Assembly (NCBI RefSeq): GCF_009914755.1
Contig: NC_060927.1
DNA: 64,000 nt
Direction: 5' to 3' (one strand)
Source of the DNA: the human T2T-CHM13v2.0 reference genome, Homo sapiens
How positions within the stretch are numbered: the stretch's first letter is position 1; every line of letters begins with the position of its first letter. The position numbers and the translations under genes were made by a program. A model generated the notes under the pieces. It was not told where the DNA came from. It ran no database searches and was given only the letters and a program-made list of their open reading frames with translations. This document shows, piece by piece, positions 40,706 through 53,909 of this stretch.

Positions 40706-42391
40706 CTGAAAGGAACAAAATAAAGTCGTTGTTAGGATTTACTTCAAGTTAATCCTATCCTCCTACCCTGGAATCTTTCTTTTCATGTCAGGGCTTATAC
40801 ATCCAAAAAACAAATCCAGGAGAGACTACTCTATCGTGAAAGCAGGCATGGCAACCCTGGATGGCCTCAGCTTTGGTATCCATTCCCTTTGAGACAACGG
40901 TCAAGAAAATCTCTCCTCAGCTTCTCAGTCTCCAACAGTAGAAAAGGAAATCTCAGATCTCTCAGAGAATGTCTCTTCCAATACAACTTTTAAACATATA
41001 TGTAAATAACATTCACATAAATATGTTTATATATCATATAGTAAATATATAACAAATCTTGCTTTATATATATAGTAAATATTTAGTATCTTGCTTTATA
41101 TATATAGTATTCATATATAGTAAATATTTATTCACACATAAATATTTACTGTAAGTAGGAAATTAGTCCATGAAGAAATCTACTAAACTAGGTGCCATAA
41201 AATAGCTGGGAAATCAAACTATAGGTATGCAGAACTTAAAGAAATAATCAGAGTTGGCCTGATTGTATTACCCTTTGGAGTTTGAGAAATCACTGTGGGG
41301 TGCTGATGAGAGGTTTTCCTCAGTAATCTTATCCTGGGGTAGACTCTATCCCTGCATATGGCCCAAACGCTTAAGAATTACAACAGTCTAAAAGAAGTCA
41401 TTTATTTAATTTAAGATGCTAACCAATTCATTTAACATTTATTGGGTACACTTTACAATATGTTTCATGTAAAAAAGACACAAATCCTACACCTAAGAAA
41501 CCTATAGTCAATGAGGGTAGTAATCAGTGCAAGAATGTTTACGAGTCTGAAAGGTTAGGCAAGGGGCTAAAGACAACTTATGTGAGGAGGTGATGCCTGG
41601 CCTAATCTAGAATCAGATCAAGGAATTTAGTAAAGAGATGGATCAAATGAAAAGCATGGTCCAGGAAGAGAGCAGAGGCTTGAGCAAAAGCCCTGAGCAA
41701 TGGGAAAATGCAGGACAGACTGGAAGGCAAAGTGAGCTGAGAGTGATGAGAGAGAAGATACGCAGGCAAGAATCAGATCCTGTAAGGCTGTGGTATGTCT
41801 CACTATGGAGACTGGAGTCATTACAGCATTTTCAATAAAGATATGCCATGATGAAATCTGAGACTGAGCCCGAACCCTCAAATCTCCCCAGTATGACTAG
41901 AGTCACTTTTCTTTAAAGATGATGTTGGCATTGTTTTCTTAAGATGTTCATATTCTTGTCTGAACTACCTTTCTGAGCCATAGTGCTGTGGTCTGACTGT
42001 GTACAGGCACTGGTATGCTCTTACGGAGTTCCTTCTTGCTTTATGTTCACATCTATTATAAATGTCAATAGTAAACACGTTTTAGACACTACCTTTCCCA
42101 TTGTGGCAGCCACCTAACCCTGCCTACCCTGGAGACACGGAAGATAAGGAGAACTCTTCATTTGTATCCTCCTAGTTGGGCACATGCTGGACCTTTCCCT
42201 CCTTCATGATCCAGTGAATAAAGCTGAGTAGTACCATGAAGAAAAGTGATATACAAGAAAATACCATTTAGCCACTTTAATAGTCTCGGCCATCAGAGTT
42301 TTATGATTAGCAGATATATCTTAACTGACACAAATGAATAGAAGTACACAATGGCTATGCAGGACAAATTTTAAAAATCTGACATACAAAC

Positions 42392-42542
42392 CTTATTTCA
42401 TTAGGAATTTCTTCTTCTTCCTCCTCTTTATTTTTGCTTCTCCAGTAAAAGAATGCCCCTAAAATTAGTGCAATGCAAAAAATGATAATAACTGCACCAG
42501 TGCCAATGGCTCCAGCTATTAGTCCAATGTTCCTGGGCTGGG
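42392..42542 (-). CDS. IGSF11: IGSF11 transmembrane exon: (P)[49 protein letters not shown](R)
   Basis: TTTTGCAG|CC acceptor and AG|GTTTGT donor; 151 nt, phase 1 to phase 2; hydrophobic helix then basic and acidic run. Confidence 0.97.
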
Positions 42543-43339
42543 CTGCAAAATATATTTAAGATATATTTAAAGAAAAGAGAAAGAGAGAAATAGCATATAC
42601 CCATGCAACTGTAATAAGCACATAAGCTTACTAAATAATCTGCTTAAAACGTATAAAACTCTCTAAAATCTTTCATCTATATAAAGTTAAACCTCAATTA
42701 ACTTTCTATATTGTCAGTGGCTAGGACTAACACATAGTAGGCTCTGAACATATTTTGAATGAATAAACAATTAAATGACTTGCACATTTTAGGAGAACAA
42801 TACCCACATTAGGTAACAGACAGCACCAATCTAACTTGCCTGGTCTACCCTACATGAATGCTGGAAACTAGGGGATATCCTTCTACCTCAACCCAGCCAG
42901 ATCACTCCCTTTTGCAACTGGAATTCAAATATCCCAGAATTCTCAACTAAAGAGAAGTTTTCTACACTGCCATTTATAACCTAGACACCCCAAAATTTTG
43001 CAGATAAAAGAAACAAGGAAAAAACACAAGAAAGTCTTACTATACTCATAAGATTATTACCATTTTTATAATGTCTATAGCATTATACAATAAGAAACTA
43101 TCCAACTTTATTGATCCTGAGGAGAAAGATATTTTTTCATAAAGATTATCATATTGCTGAGGCTGGAAAGTATACTAAAACATTTATAAACAATTTTCAA
43201 TAATAATTAAAACCAAAACAATTTCTATTTAATCTTCAGATAACCTTAAGACAATTCAGCAGAACCCTTCATTTTCTGGTATAACAAAGATCTTAGAGTT
43301 TCAGACCCATGGTTGACATCAGAATTTCCATATGCTTAC

Positions 43340-43462
43340 GTGAAATAACCTGGAGATCCAGAAGACAGGTGCTGGTTCCAATAGCATTAGAAGCCACGCA
43401 CTGGTACAAACCTGAAGACAGGGCACTGATGTTCCGGATGGTGACTGTTCCCTGGACCTGGT
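43340..43462 (-). CDS. IGSF11: IGSF11 exon, second half of Ig C2 domain: (D)[40 protein letters not shown]
   Basis: TTTTTGTGACAG|AC acceptor and C|GTAAGC donor; 123 nt, phase 1-1; Ig GxYxC motif. Confidence 0.97.
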
Positions 43463-43935
43463 CTGTCACAAAAATAATAACCGAGTGAGGATTTGGCGGG
43501 ACTAATAGCAAAACCAAAGAAATCAGCGGAAGACCATAAAAACAGACGAACACTGGAGAGCTATCAATAAATTTCTTTTTTGTGGGGGTAGGGTGAGAAA
43601 TTATTGGTTCATGAATGTTAAAGACTAAAACTACTATATCACTTTAAAGACCTGGAACTTTGGAGCGCTGTCCTAAATCAGAACAATCTTAAAACTGAAT
43701 CTGCAGGTAAGCATGTAAAGTCCTAAATGTTAGTAGACTTCCCTGAGGAAATGGTAGCTAATACTTATCCTAGGGAATTTAAGGTAACACCAAATTCTAG
43801 TTCTGAGGAACTGCAATAACATAAAGATCATGTTAAACTTATAATAACTTTAACTTCATACCTGATGAAGAAAATATCAAATCTGTGCTCTAAGGTATAG
43901 ACTGTTACTCCCTAACAACAACAATTACAGTTGTT

Positions 43936-44397
43936 TGTGTTAGCTCAGATCCTCCAAGAAGCAGACACCAAGACAAGTGTGAGGTTGCCTGGAGGAAATA
44001 CCAGTAAAGGAAATGTGAGAGGAAGCTGCAGAAGGCAGGGAGAGCCTCAGACTTCGGTGTAGATCTCACCACTCACTGTCAAGGGGACAGGGAAGCAAGG
44101 AAGATTGGGTAGGAAGAGTCTCAGGCTGCAACACAGTTTTATGGAAGTGTCCACCAGGCAGATGGGGAGTCCCTGAGCCAAAGTCACCTGTTAAGGGAGT
44201 CCCATGCTTTGCAGAAATAGGCCTGCATTAGGCCCTAACCCTAACCCTAATTCCTCATCACTGGCTGGGAGCAGCCCAGGGGAAGCTTGGTCTTGGTGCA
44301 AAGCAGTGGTGGATCTACAGGGGAAGCAGCATGGCTTTCAGTCAATTATGTTCCCCACATCAGGAGTTTGAACAACAAATTTTCAAGGCCACTGCAC
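43936..44397. mobile_element. Old ERVL-type LTR (LTR16-like)
   Basis: AGAAGCAGACACCAAGACAAG...AGTCTCAGGCTGCA...CTGGCTGGGAGCAGCCC motifs; subfamily uncertain. Confidence 0.55.
44233..44250 (-). repeat. Short interstitial telomeric repeat (TTAGGG)3
   Basis: CCCTAACCCTAACCCTAA on the plus strand. Confidence 0.85.
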
Positions 44398-47300
44398 TGG
44401 TATTGCCAAGAAATGCTTCAATAGTTCACATTTTAGTAATTCATCAACATTAGCATAGTTTGATTATTTATTCCTATAAAATACAAATGACTTACAGGAA
44501 TAACTTTAAAAAGTTAATAGTTATTAGTATGTTCCAGGCATTGGGTAAGCTTTTATATGTATTATTTCAATCTTTACAATTACCCTGAGGTATTTTTATT
44601 ATTAATCTCATTGAACAGTCAAGGAGACTGAAGCTTTAGATGTTTAATAAGATTACACAGCTGGTTGTTAGGAAATTCAATTGGATGAAGGGGCTGTCTC
44701 ACCTCTAAGCTCTAGGCTTCACTGCCCTCCTTATGCAGGAAAGAGAATACATTCTGTCATCTCAACCATTCAAAATAGCTGCAAATTTAGAAGTAAATGG
44801 AAAAGCCTCCTAACAGGACAAGTAAAAAAATATTCTGACACAAAGTCCAAGTATGCCTGGGGCAACACCTAGAGCTATCCCCATCCTGGGTTACTTATTT
44901 TTACATGGAACTAAGATTTAGTTAACTGGTTTCTGCTGGCAATCATCATCTCTATCTAGATCAAAGGCAGAAGCAGACACGAGGAGTCAGCAAAAGCAGA
45001 TCTGAGTAAAGTGTGCAGCATTTATTAATTCATTCATTTAATAAATAAATATTTATTGAGCATCTTCCTTTGTGCTTGGTTTTCTGAGGATGGTGATAAA
45101 ATAATGAACAAGACAGGCCCAGTCCCTTACCCTAATGAGACAAGTATACACACAATTACAATATATGGAATAAGTGCCAGCCAGTGCTAGAGAACAGAGG
45201 GGGATAGGGGAGCATACAGGAGGGACATCTAATGAGGGATTGAGAAATCAAATAGACTACAGGGGAGGAGAAAATAATTGCTGTCTCAGAAATTGCCAGG
45301 CACACAGAAAGGTGCTAAATAAAAGTGATCAATAAATAAAAGTGCTGCCTACTCTTTAGCGTCTGTTGTGTACCACATACACTGCACTAACAGCATTAAA
45401 TATGCCTCATTTAATGTTCGTAACAAGCTTATGTTCTATATTCCCTACTTTTCAAAGATAACTCAAAAAAGCTATGAAATTTGTCCAAGATCACAGAGTA
45501 CACAAGTAGCAGCAATCTATAAAATGAGGTTTGTCCAAGTCCAAAGCTTATACTCACCATACATACACTTGGCACTCTAGTAAGGCATTTAAAACCACAT
45601 TATTCTAGAGGATGCACCTATAGAATATTTCCTGACCAATAAATGTTCCAATGCTGTTAGTAATATAAACTAAGCAATGTGCCTATCTCCCTCTTCATGT
45701 ACACATGTACTAATATCATCAACGCAAGAAAACCATAATCTCTGGGCAATCAACCACATAATTTGTGTTCCTGGGGTTTTTGTTGTTGTTGTTGGTAGTG
45801 GTGGTGGTGGGTTTTCCCCTAAGCTCTGGAATTCTAAAAATTTGATGAGCTCACACCAAACTGGTAATTTTGTTGACATTTCCAGAGACAATTTGGGAAA
45901 TTTTAAACAGCTCCTCTACGCAGCATTCTGGCATGTAGAAAGAGGTAAACTGTAAAGACTCTTGCTTTGAAAAGTTATTTTTAAAAGGTGAAGTCAATGT
46001 CTTCCTTTTGTCTCTATAGATGCCAATACTATGACCATGTTTCTGTAAGATAATATTATTAAATGAAGTTGATATACCATGGTAGATTTAACTTGGAATA
46101 TAATCAGGGAAGGAGACAGGTACATTGATAACAGAAGATTAACCAGAACAAAACAGCCCTGTTTATGTGACAAGGCAAAATAGAGAAGAGAGCAACTCCA
46201 GCAAACAGCAGACTGTTTGCAGCCACAAAGCACATAGCCCTTCCCAAAACTAGCAGGCTAATTCTGCCATCTGTCATTTCACTTGGTCTGCTCAGGCAGG
46301 GAAGTATTTTTCTGAAATAGAGAATAAATATATTTTTTAGCTTCTTTTAAAGAATAGGGAAAGTTCAATGGCATGAAACTACATAGTTTGGGGAACTCAA
46401 AGGACCTCACACTCCACTGTTTTAGTTCATAGCAACTATGCACTTGGTTCACCAGCTACGTATCTGGCACAGAAGGCCCTTCTGAATTAGAAAAAAACAA
46501 ATGTTAGTGTACATTTCCAGTTCCATCCTTTCTCCTTAGTTCCAGAATGCTGCCTCTGGCTGCCTAGTAGCTGATGTATCTGCTAAGAGCATGTTCCAGT
46601 TAGACAGCCTAAGTTTGAGTCTATTCTACCTACTACTGGTCATATGGTCTTGAGTGTGTTCCCTGTTCTTCATCTATATTTTAGTTTCCTCATCTGTAAT
46701 ATGGAGCTACCAAAGTGCCTACAAACTGTAGATTACTGTGAGGACTAAATGAAAGGTTAGTATAGTATATGGTAATGTTTCCATGTGGGAATTCCTTCCT
46801 GGTACTTCTAGGGGAACTGATATATTTTTCCGAATCATAAAAAAATTCAGTCAAGAAATATGAAAAATGTCTAGTGTCTCCCAATGGATATTAATTCCCA
46901 ATAGATATTGATCTTCAGGATTTGAAGAGTTAGATAAGAATTCTTAAATCATAATTATATATTTTCATATGACTTATATATTTTAAATAATGAGTAACTA
47001 TAATAAACTGAACATTTCTTATATAAAAGTTTCAGAAGTATTCTGTAGGCTATATAATAATGGATGTATACTTGTTATTTGAATGAATATGTTACATCAA
47101 AATTATATATTTCAATAATATGTAAAAATGATCCTAACCTGAAAAAGATATTTAATTTTTTAAAAATTGTAAATAAAGGGAAATACAAAATAAATGTCAA
47201 AAATCTGTGGAAAAACTTAAAGATGACATCACAAATACTTAATATCAAACTCTATTAAAGATAAATTTAAAATATAACATTGGACACAGAAAATTTTATT

Positions 47301-49177
47301 TCATTTTGTGTTGATGCTGGCTGAATTAAGGCATAGATGGAGAAGGGACAGGGAAAGAACCTGTTCCCATTAATAGAATTTCCAAGGGCACCGTCCAGAT
47401 GGATGTTAGGATACATCCTGCTTCACAGCAGCTCAGTGCCTTTAGACAATGATAAAAATATTTTGTCTGTTTGCCCTGATTTTGGTTTGGCATTGAAACA
47501 GATATTGCTTTTGCCAAATCAGATTTTAGATTCATTTCTGATGTCATGTTAGTATACTGCAGAGCAACATTCTCACCCTCTTCTATTTGTGTTTCTGCCA
47601 TTCAAGTATTCACAAGGAGCTGAAGCTTATAGCAAATATTCAAACTTGTGAAAATACCAATGAACATTACTCAGCATTATTTGAATAATGTAGTGTGTAT
47701 AAATACATTAGTATTTCTTTGCAAGAATGATTCATCATTAGCAACATACAAGAAGGCCATGACCACACACTTATCACATGGCAAAAGCTACAAGCAAGAC
47801 CAACTAATTAGATTTTGACTGCTTCTCTCCTACCCACTTCTGTTGACTCTGCTTTTAGGTTTAACTGGACATCAAGATTCTTCTGAATCAGTATATCTCT
47901 ATGTTGACTGTTGCTCTTTAATTCTCAAAGAATGGCACATGGTGTTCAAGAAATGTTACCATTATCATTATTTCAATCCCCATATAGAGGTCCCAGGAGA
48001 CCACTAACTCACTGCTTTCCTCAAGCAAACTTCTACAAATTTCTCTTCTGAGTTAAGATGGTTACTGTTGATTCAGTGCCCCACAACAGGAATCTGAGTT
48101 AACTCTGACTCTTCTGAGTTTAAACATCTAATCGAGCCCCATATATTGTAATATTTTCCTCAATCTCTCTTGAATCTTACCCTCCCCCACTGTGCCTTCT
48201 CCACCCCTGTCACTAGGGACTTAGTTCAGGTCCTTGTCATTTCTTGATGGGGCTATTAACAAAGCCTTCCATTTATGACTGGCTGCCAATCTTTCAGCCT
48301 GATTACTGACACAGTTTCTAAAATGCGTATCTGGTGATCTCTTGTTTATAAATGTCAGTGCATCTCTACAGTTAAAGATAACATCCAAACTCCTTGCATA
48401 TTATATAAAGCCTTTCACAATCTGGACTTCACCTTTTCCAGCTCCTCTCTGGTCAAATCCCCACGAACCTTTATGTCAGCTTCACAGATCTTCTCACTAA
48501 AAATGTCAAACTTTTACACTTGCAAGATTTTGCAAGCATAGTTCCCTGTATTTATAATACCCACTTTTAACCAGTAAAACTTCTATCCATCATTTAAGAA
48601 CCTTTTCCTGCTTGGGAATCCTTTTCCCTACAAAGTTCTTCCTGGACTCTTCAGGAACAAGTAATATTTCTATCATTTAAATTTTATAGCACTGCATACA
48701 TTTTCATAGCATTAACATGTAGTGCTATGATTTTCTCTTTATATCTGTCTCCTCCATTAGGCAGTGAGCTCTAGGATGGAGATATGTTTCCTTGTATTTC
48801 TCCACCTGCCCCAACACTCAACTCTGAAGCAGTTGCAGAGTAAGGTGTATGTTTATGTGTGTGTGCACACACACACACATATATGTAAAAATGAATGAAT
48901 ATATACACAAATTAATACAGTTATAACTGTTGACATTTAATCTTTTAAAAAAGAGGAAGTACTGAACACTATATGGGGTTTGCTTCATGTCAGAGGGCAA
49001 AAAAAAAGGGAGAAAAAACTCAACTTCAGTTAGAATAACATCTTGATGAAGGAGAAATAAGCACTTGTTTATTCAGCACTTTTAGTGGGTGAAAATTTTC
49101 TGCTCCCCATGAAAAAAATTATGGAACCACTCTTACTGGGAGGGGAAACAGCAGTGTCAGTTCAAGAAACAGAATCA

Positions 49178-49465
49178 GGCTGCGTGTGGTGGCTCACACC
49201 TATAGTCCCAGCACTTTGGGAGGCCGACGCATTTGAGACCAGCTTGGTCAGCATAGCAAGGCCCCATCAGGACACTAAGGCAGGAAGATAACTTGAGCCC
49301 AGGAGTGTGAGGTTACAGTAAGCTGTCATCATGCCACTGCACTCCAGCCTGGGTGGGTAACAGAGCAAGACTTTGTCTCTAAAAAATGAGAGAAGAGAGA
49401 GAGAGAGAACAAAGAGGAGAGAGGAGAGAGAAGAGATAGAAAGTGAGAGAGAGGAGAGGAGACAC

Positions 49466-49498
<33 letters not shown>
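49178..49498 (+). mobile_element. Internally deleted AluJ-like element followed by a ~110-nt (GA)n tract
   Basis: GGCTCACACCTATAGTCCCAGCACTTTGGGAGG...CACTCCAGCCTGGG, then purine repeat 49388-49498. Confidence 0.88.
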
Positions 49499-50596
49499 AT
49501 ATCAAGATTCCTGAGTGTTACAACCACGCCAAAAGAATTTTAGTCCTTCCTATCAGTTTTGGGCAAACCTGGTCTCTTCTAGGAGCCTCAGTCTTCTCCC
49601 TTGTAACATGAGAGTGGGACCATGGTGATATTTAAGATACTCTCCTGCTATAGCTATGATCTCTAAAGATCTACACAGAGTTCACAGGCAAGCACGAGAG
49701 ATAATCATCTCTCTTCACTGTATTAAATTATGAAAGGATGAGGAAAACAGAGGATTTCTTACAAACCATGAAAGAAAAACGTATAATCTAGTTTCAGAAA
49801 ATGTTAACCATTAATAATGAAAATAAATACACTATACTTTATATTTACCAAGATAAAAGAATGGATAGAAAATGAATTGCCATTATTTGCATATAATTTT
49901 TAAAAACACATTTTAAAGTTCTCTGTGCATCTTTAAAGTGTGAAGGTTATTCTCCCCTTTAAGTCAGAAGGGAGGTGTTTTTTTTCTAATTATCCCTCAG
50001 CTTTCCTTTCTGAGTTCAAGTTTTACTGACCATTGTGAGAAACAACTGTGCTTATCTCCATCCTTGGTTGCCAAGAAGCTGCAGGACTTGGAGAGTGGGT
50101 GTCATTCCAGGAAGGAATTCCACTCCATGGCTTGATATGCAGCTCCTGTGAGCTAGCTCCAGCCCTGGATTTTCAATTGCTGCAGGACAAATCCCGTGTT
50201 GCCTCACATCTCCAATCATCTCACTCACCAGTACAGGGCCCAGCCGCCCGACCACACTCACTGTATGGACAATCATCCCTTTCCTGTTTTGCTCATCCCT
50301 TCATCTTCCCAAAACCTCTAGAGCTGTTGGCAGAAACAAATAGAAAACATAACCTACAGCTTAGAGAAACTATAGAACAATCCAGGTGAAGCGTTCACAT
50401 GAGGGAAACAGGAAAGGAATATCACCATGAAGAAAAGTTAACTACACAACAAACAGGAGGATTAGCATACAAAGAGCATAAAGTTATGTGAAGGTCACTA
50501 TAAAATTAGTATGCTTAAAATTATTAAACATATACAGAATAGTCACCATAATAAAAGAGGATGATGCCATGAAGAGACAAAGGCAACATAGAAATA

Positions 50597-50765
50597 GCCA
50601 GGTGCTGTGGCTCACATCTGTAATCCCAGCTACTCGGGAGGCTGAGGTAGGAGGATTGCTTAAGGGCCAGGAGTTTGAAGTTGCAGTGAGCAGTGATTGT
50701 GCCACTGCACTGCAGCCTGGATGACAGAACGAGACTCCATCTCTTAAAAGAAGGAAAGAAAAGAA
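50597..50765 (+). mobile_element. Alu monomer (FAM/FRAM-like) within an old L1ME-type remnant (about 50260-51972, resuming 58119-59950)
   Basis: Single-arm Alu sequence; flanks translate to decayed L1 ORF1 (RLPADFSTET) and ORF2 (RPFSLVITDANIL). Confidence 0.75.
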
Positions 50766-52221
50766 GAAAATAAATTCAAAACTCAATGGATAAGCTGAAC
50801 AGCCATCAGAGTAGAAGAGAGAACAGGTGATCTGGAAAAATAAAAAACAAAAACAAAAAAAAAACCAGAATGCCACACAGAAAGGTAAAGAAGGTAAAGA
50901 CATTTACGGATAAGCAAAGGATTAAAAAAACATGGTTTACAGAATTAAAAGACTAAACCAAGAGCTAACAGGAAACAATAAAGAAAGAAGAGAAAAGGCT
51001 ATATTCAAAAATATAAGGACAGAGATTTTTCCAGAAGTGACAAAAAATACAATCTCTCAATTTAAGAAGCACCACAAGCCCATAGCAGGATTAATAAAAA
51101 TTAACACATACCTAAAATATATTCTAGGATCTACAGAACACCAAGTACAAAACAACTGCAAAAAGCAAAGGAAGGAAAACACAAATGCCTACAGACTACC
51201 AGCAGATTTCTCAACAGAAACAAGAAAGGTGGGAAGAAAATGAAACATTTTCAAATTCTTGAGAAACAATAACTGATAACCTAGCATTTATACTCACTAA
51301 ACTGCATTAAAGAGTGTAGGGAAAAAAGATATTTTCAGAAAAACAAACATGAGAACAACAACACTCATAGATCATCAATGTAATACCTACTGAAGGGTGT
51401 GTGTACTTTACTATAAGAAAATGGAACACAGAAAAAATGACTGTGATGAAAGAAGCAATGGAGCAAAAAAAATGGCAAACTTGTGGGTAAATCTAAATAA
51501 AACCGTAATGTATACGTAAACGATGATGAAAATGGGGATGATTAATATGGAGAAAAGTTAAAAATAAGGTGGAACAAATATACTAAAGCCAAGAAAATAA
51601 CTAAAATGCAGACAATACAAACACAGAAATTAAACATATCAGACAGAAGCTGAGAGTTATGGTGGACTGAATGAAAAGGTCCAAAAAATGGCTAATAGGA
51701 GAGAAGAGAAAGAACTGATGAGACGAAATATTCACAAGGATTAGGGAAAATGGAAGAAAGACAGCTTTCTATGGTCCTATTATTTGGATAGAGAGTAGAG
51801 TTTTTTTTTACTTCTAGACTACATTAAATCAAGTATGCATTTGAGAACTTTAAGAATAAGCACGAAGAGAAATACACTTATAACTCTGAAAGTAGAGGAG
51901 AAAAAATATTATAAAGAATATTCAAATAATCAGTAGAAGATATGGGAAGAGGGGGCATAAAGAAAAAAGCTTAATAAATAGAAAACCGGGGAGGAGCCAA
52001 GATGGCCGAATAGGAACAGCTCCGGTCTACAGCTCCCAGCGTGAGCGACGCAGAAGACGGGTGATGTCTGCATTTCCATCTGAGGTACCGGGTTCATCTC
52101 ACTAGGGAGTGCCAGACAGTGGGCGCAGGCCAGTGGGTGCGCGCACCGTGCGCAAGCCGAAGCAGGGCGAGGCATTGCCTCACCTGGGAAGCGCAAGGGG
52201 TCAGGGAGTTCCCTTTCCGAG

Positions 52222-52437
52222 TCAAAGAAAGGGGTGACGGACGCACCTGGAAAATCGGGTCACTCCCACCCGAATATGGCGCTTTTCAGACCGGCTTAAA
52301 AAACGGCGCACCACGAGACTATATCCCACACCTGGCTCGGAGGGTCCTACGCCCACGGAGTCTCGCTGATTGCTAGCACAGCAGTCTGAGATCAAACTGC
52401 AAGGCGGCAGCGAGGCTGGGGGAGGGGCGCCCACCAT
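52222..52437 (-). CDS. ORF0: L1 ORF0, intact 71 aa (MVGAPPPASLPPCSLISDCC...RHPFL)
   Basis: ATG at 52437 in GCAATGG context, open to the stop at 52222-52224; both internal donors present. Expression at this locus not shown. Confidence 0.8.
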   Translation of the reverse strand: MVGAPPPASLPPCSLISDCCASNQRDSVGVGPSEPGVGYSLVVRRFLSRSEKRHIRVGVTRFSRCVRHPFL

Positions 52438-52892
52438 TGCCCAGGCTTGCTTAGGTAAACAAAGCAGCCAAGAAGCTCCAACTGGGTGGAGCCCACCACA
52501 GCTCAAGGAGGCCTGCCTGCCTCTGTAGGCTCCACCTCTGGGGGCAGGGCACAGACAAACAAAAAGACAGCAGTAACCTCTGCACACTTAAATGTCCCTG
52601 TCTGACAGCTTTGAAGAGAGCAGTGGTTCTCCCAGCACGCAGCTGGAGATCTGAGAACGGGCAGACTGCCTCCTCAAGTGGGTCCCTGACCCCTGACCCC
52701 CGAGCAGCCTAACTGGGAGGCACCCCCCAGCAGGGGCACAGTGACACCTCACACTGCAGGGTATTCCAACAGACCTGCAGCTGAGGGTCCTGTCTGTTAG
52801 AAGGAAAACTAACAAACAGAAAGGACATCCACACCGAAAACCCATCTGTACATCACCATCATCAAAGACCAAAAGTAGATAAAACCACAAAG

Positions 52893-53909
52893 ATGGGGAA
52901 AAAACAGAACAGAAAAACTGGAAACTCTAAAATGCAGAGCGCCTCTCCTCCTCCAAAGGAACGCAGTTCCTCACCAGCAATGGAACAAAGCTGGATGGAG
53001 AAAGATTTTGACGAGCTGAGAGAAGAAGGCTTCAGACGATCAAATTACTCTGAGCTACGGGAGGACATTCAAACCAAAGGCAAAGAAGTTGAAAACTTTG
53101 AAAAAAATTTAGAAGAATGTATAACTAGAATAACCAATACAGAGAAGTGCTTAAAGGAGCTGATGGAGCTGAAAACCAAGGCTCGAGAACTACGTGAAGA
53201 ATGCAGAAGCCTCAGGAGCCGATGCGATCAACTGGAAGAAAGGGTATCAGCAATGGAAGATGAAATGAATGAAATGAAGTGAGAAGGGAAGTTTAGAGAA
53301 AAAAGAATAAAAAGAAATGAGCAAAGCCTCCAAGAAATATGGGACTATGTGAAAAGACCAAATCTACGTCTGATTGGTGTACCTGAAAGTGATGCGGAGA
53401 ATGGAACCAAGTTGGAAAACACTCTGCAGGATATTATCCAGGAGAACTTCCCCAATCTAGCAAGGCAGGCCAATGTTCAGATTCAGGAAATACAGAGAAC
53501 GCCACAAAGATACTCCTCGAGAAGAGCAACTCCAAGACACATAATTGTCAGATTCACCAAAGTTGAAATGAAGGAAAAAATGTTAAGGGCAGCCAGAGAG
53601 AAAGGTCGGGTTACCCTCAAAGGGAAGCCCATCAGACTAACAGCGGATCTCTCGGCAGAAACCCTACAAGCCAGAAGAGAGTGGGGGCCGATATTCAACA
53701 TTCTTAAAGAAAAGAATTTTCAACCCAGAATTTCATATCCAGCCAAACTAAGCTTCATAAGTGAAGGAGAAATAAAATACTTTACAGACAAGCAAATGCT
53801 GAGAGATTTTGTCACCACCAAGCCTGCCCTAAAAGAGCTCCTGAAGGAAGCGCTAAACATGGAAAGGAACAACCGGTAGCAGCCGCTGCAAAATCATGCC
53901 AAAATGTAA
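52893..53909 (+). pseudogene. L1 ORF1p, disrupted
   Basis: MGKKQNRKTGNSK...; premature TGA at 53280-53282 (CpG decay of CGA) and TAG at 53877-53879. Confidence 0.95.

Noticed and set aside
40990-41150. AT-rich ~31-bp repeated units resembling a repeat-spacer array
   Set aside because: Low-complexity slippage duplication with no unique spacers; not CRISPR-like.
43293-43553. 86-aa ORF as a standalone gene
   Set aside because: It is the IGSF11 exon plus intronic read-through on both sides.
48856-48875. (TG)5(CA)5 perfect palindrome
   Set aside because: Common microsatellite juxtaposition with no evidence of function.
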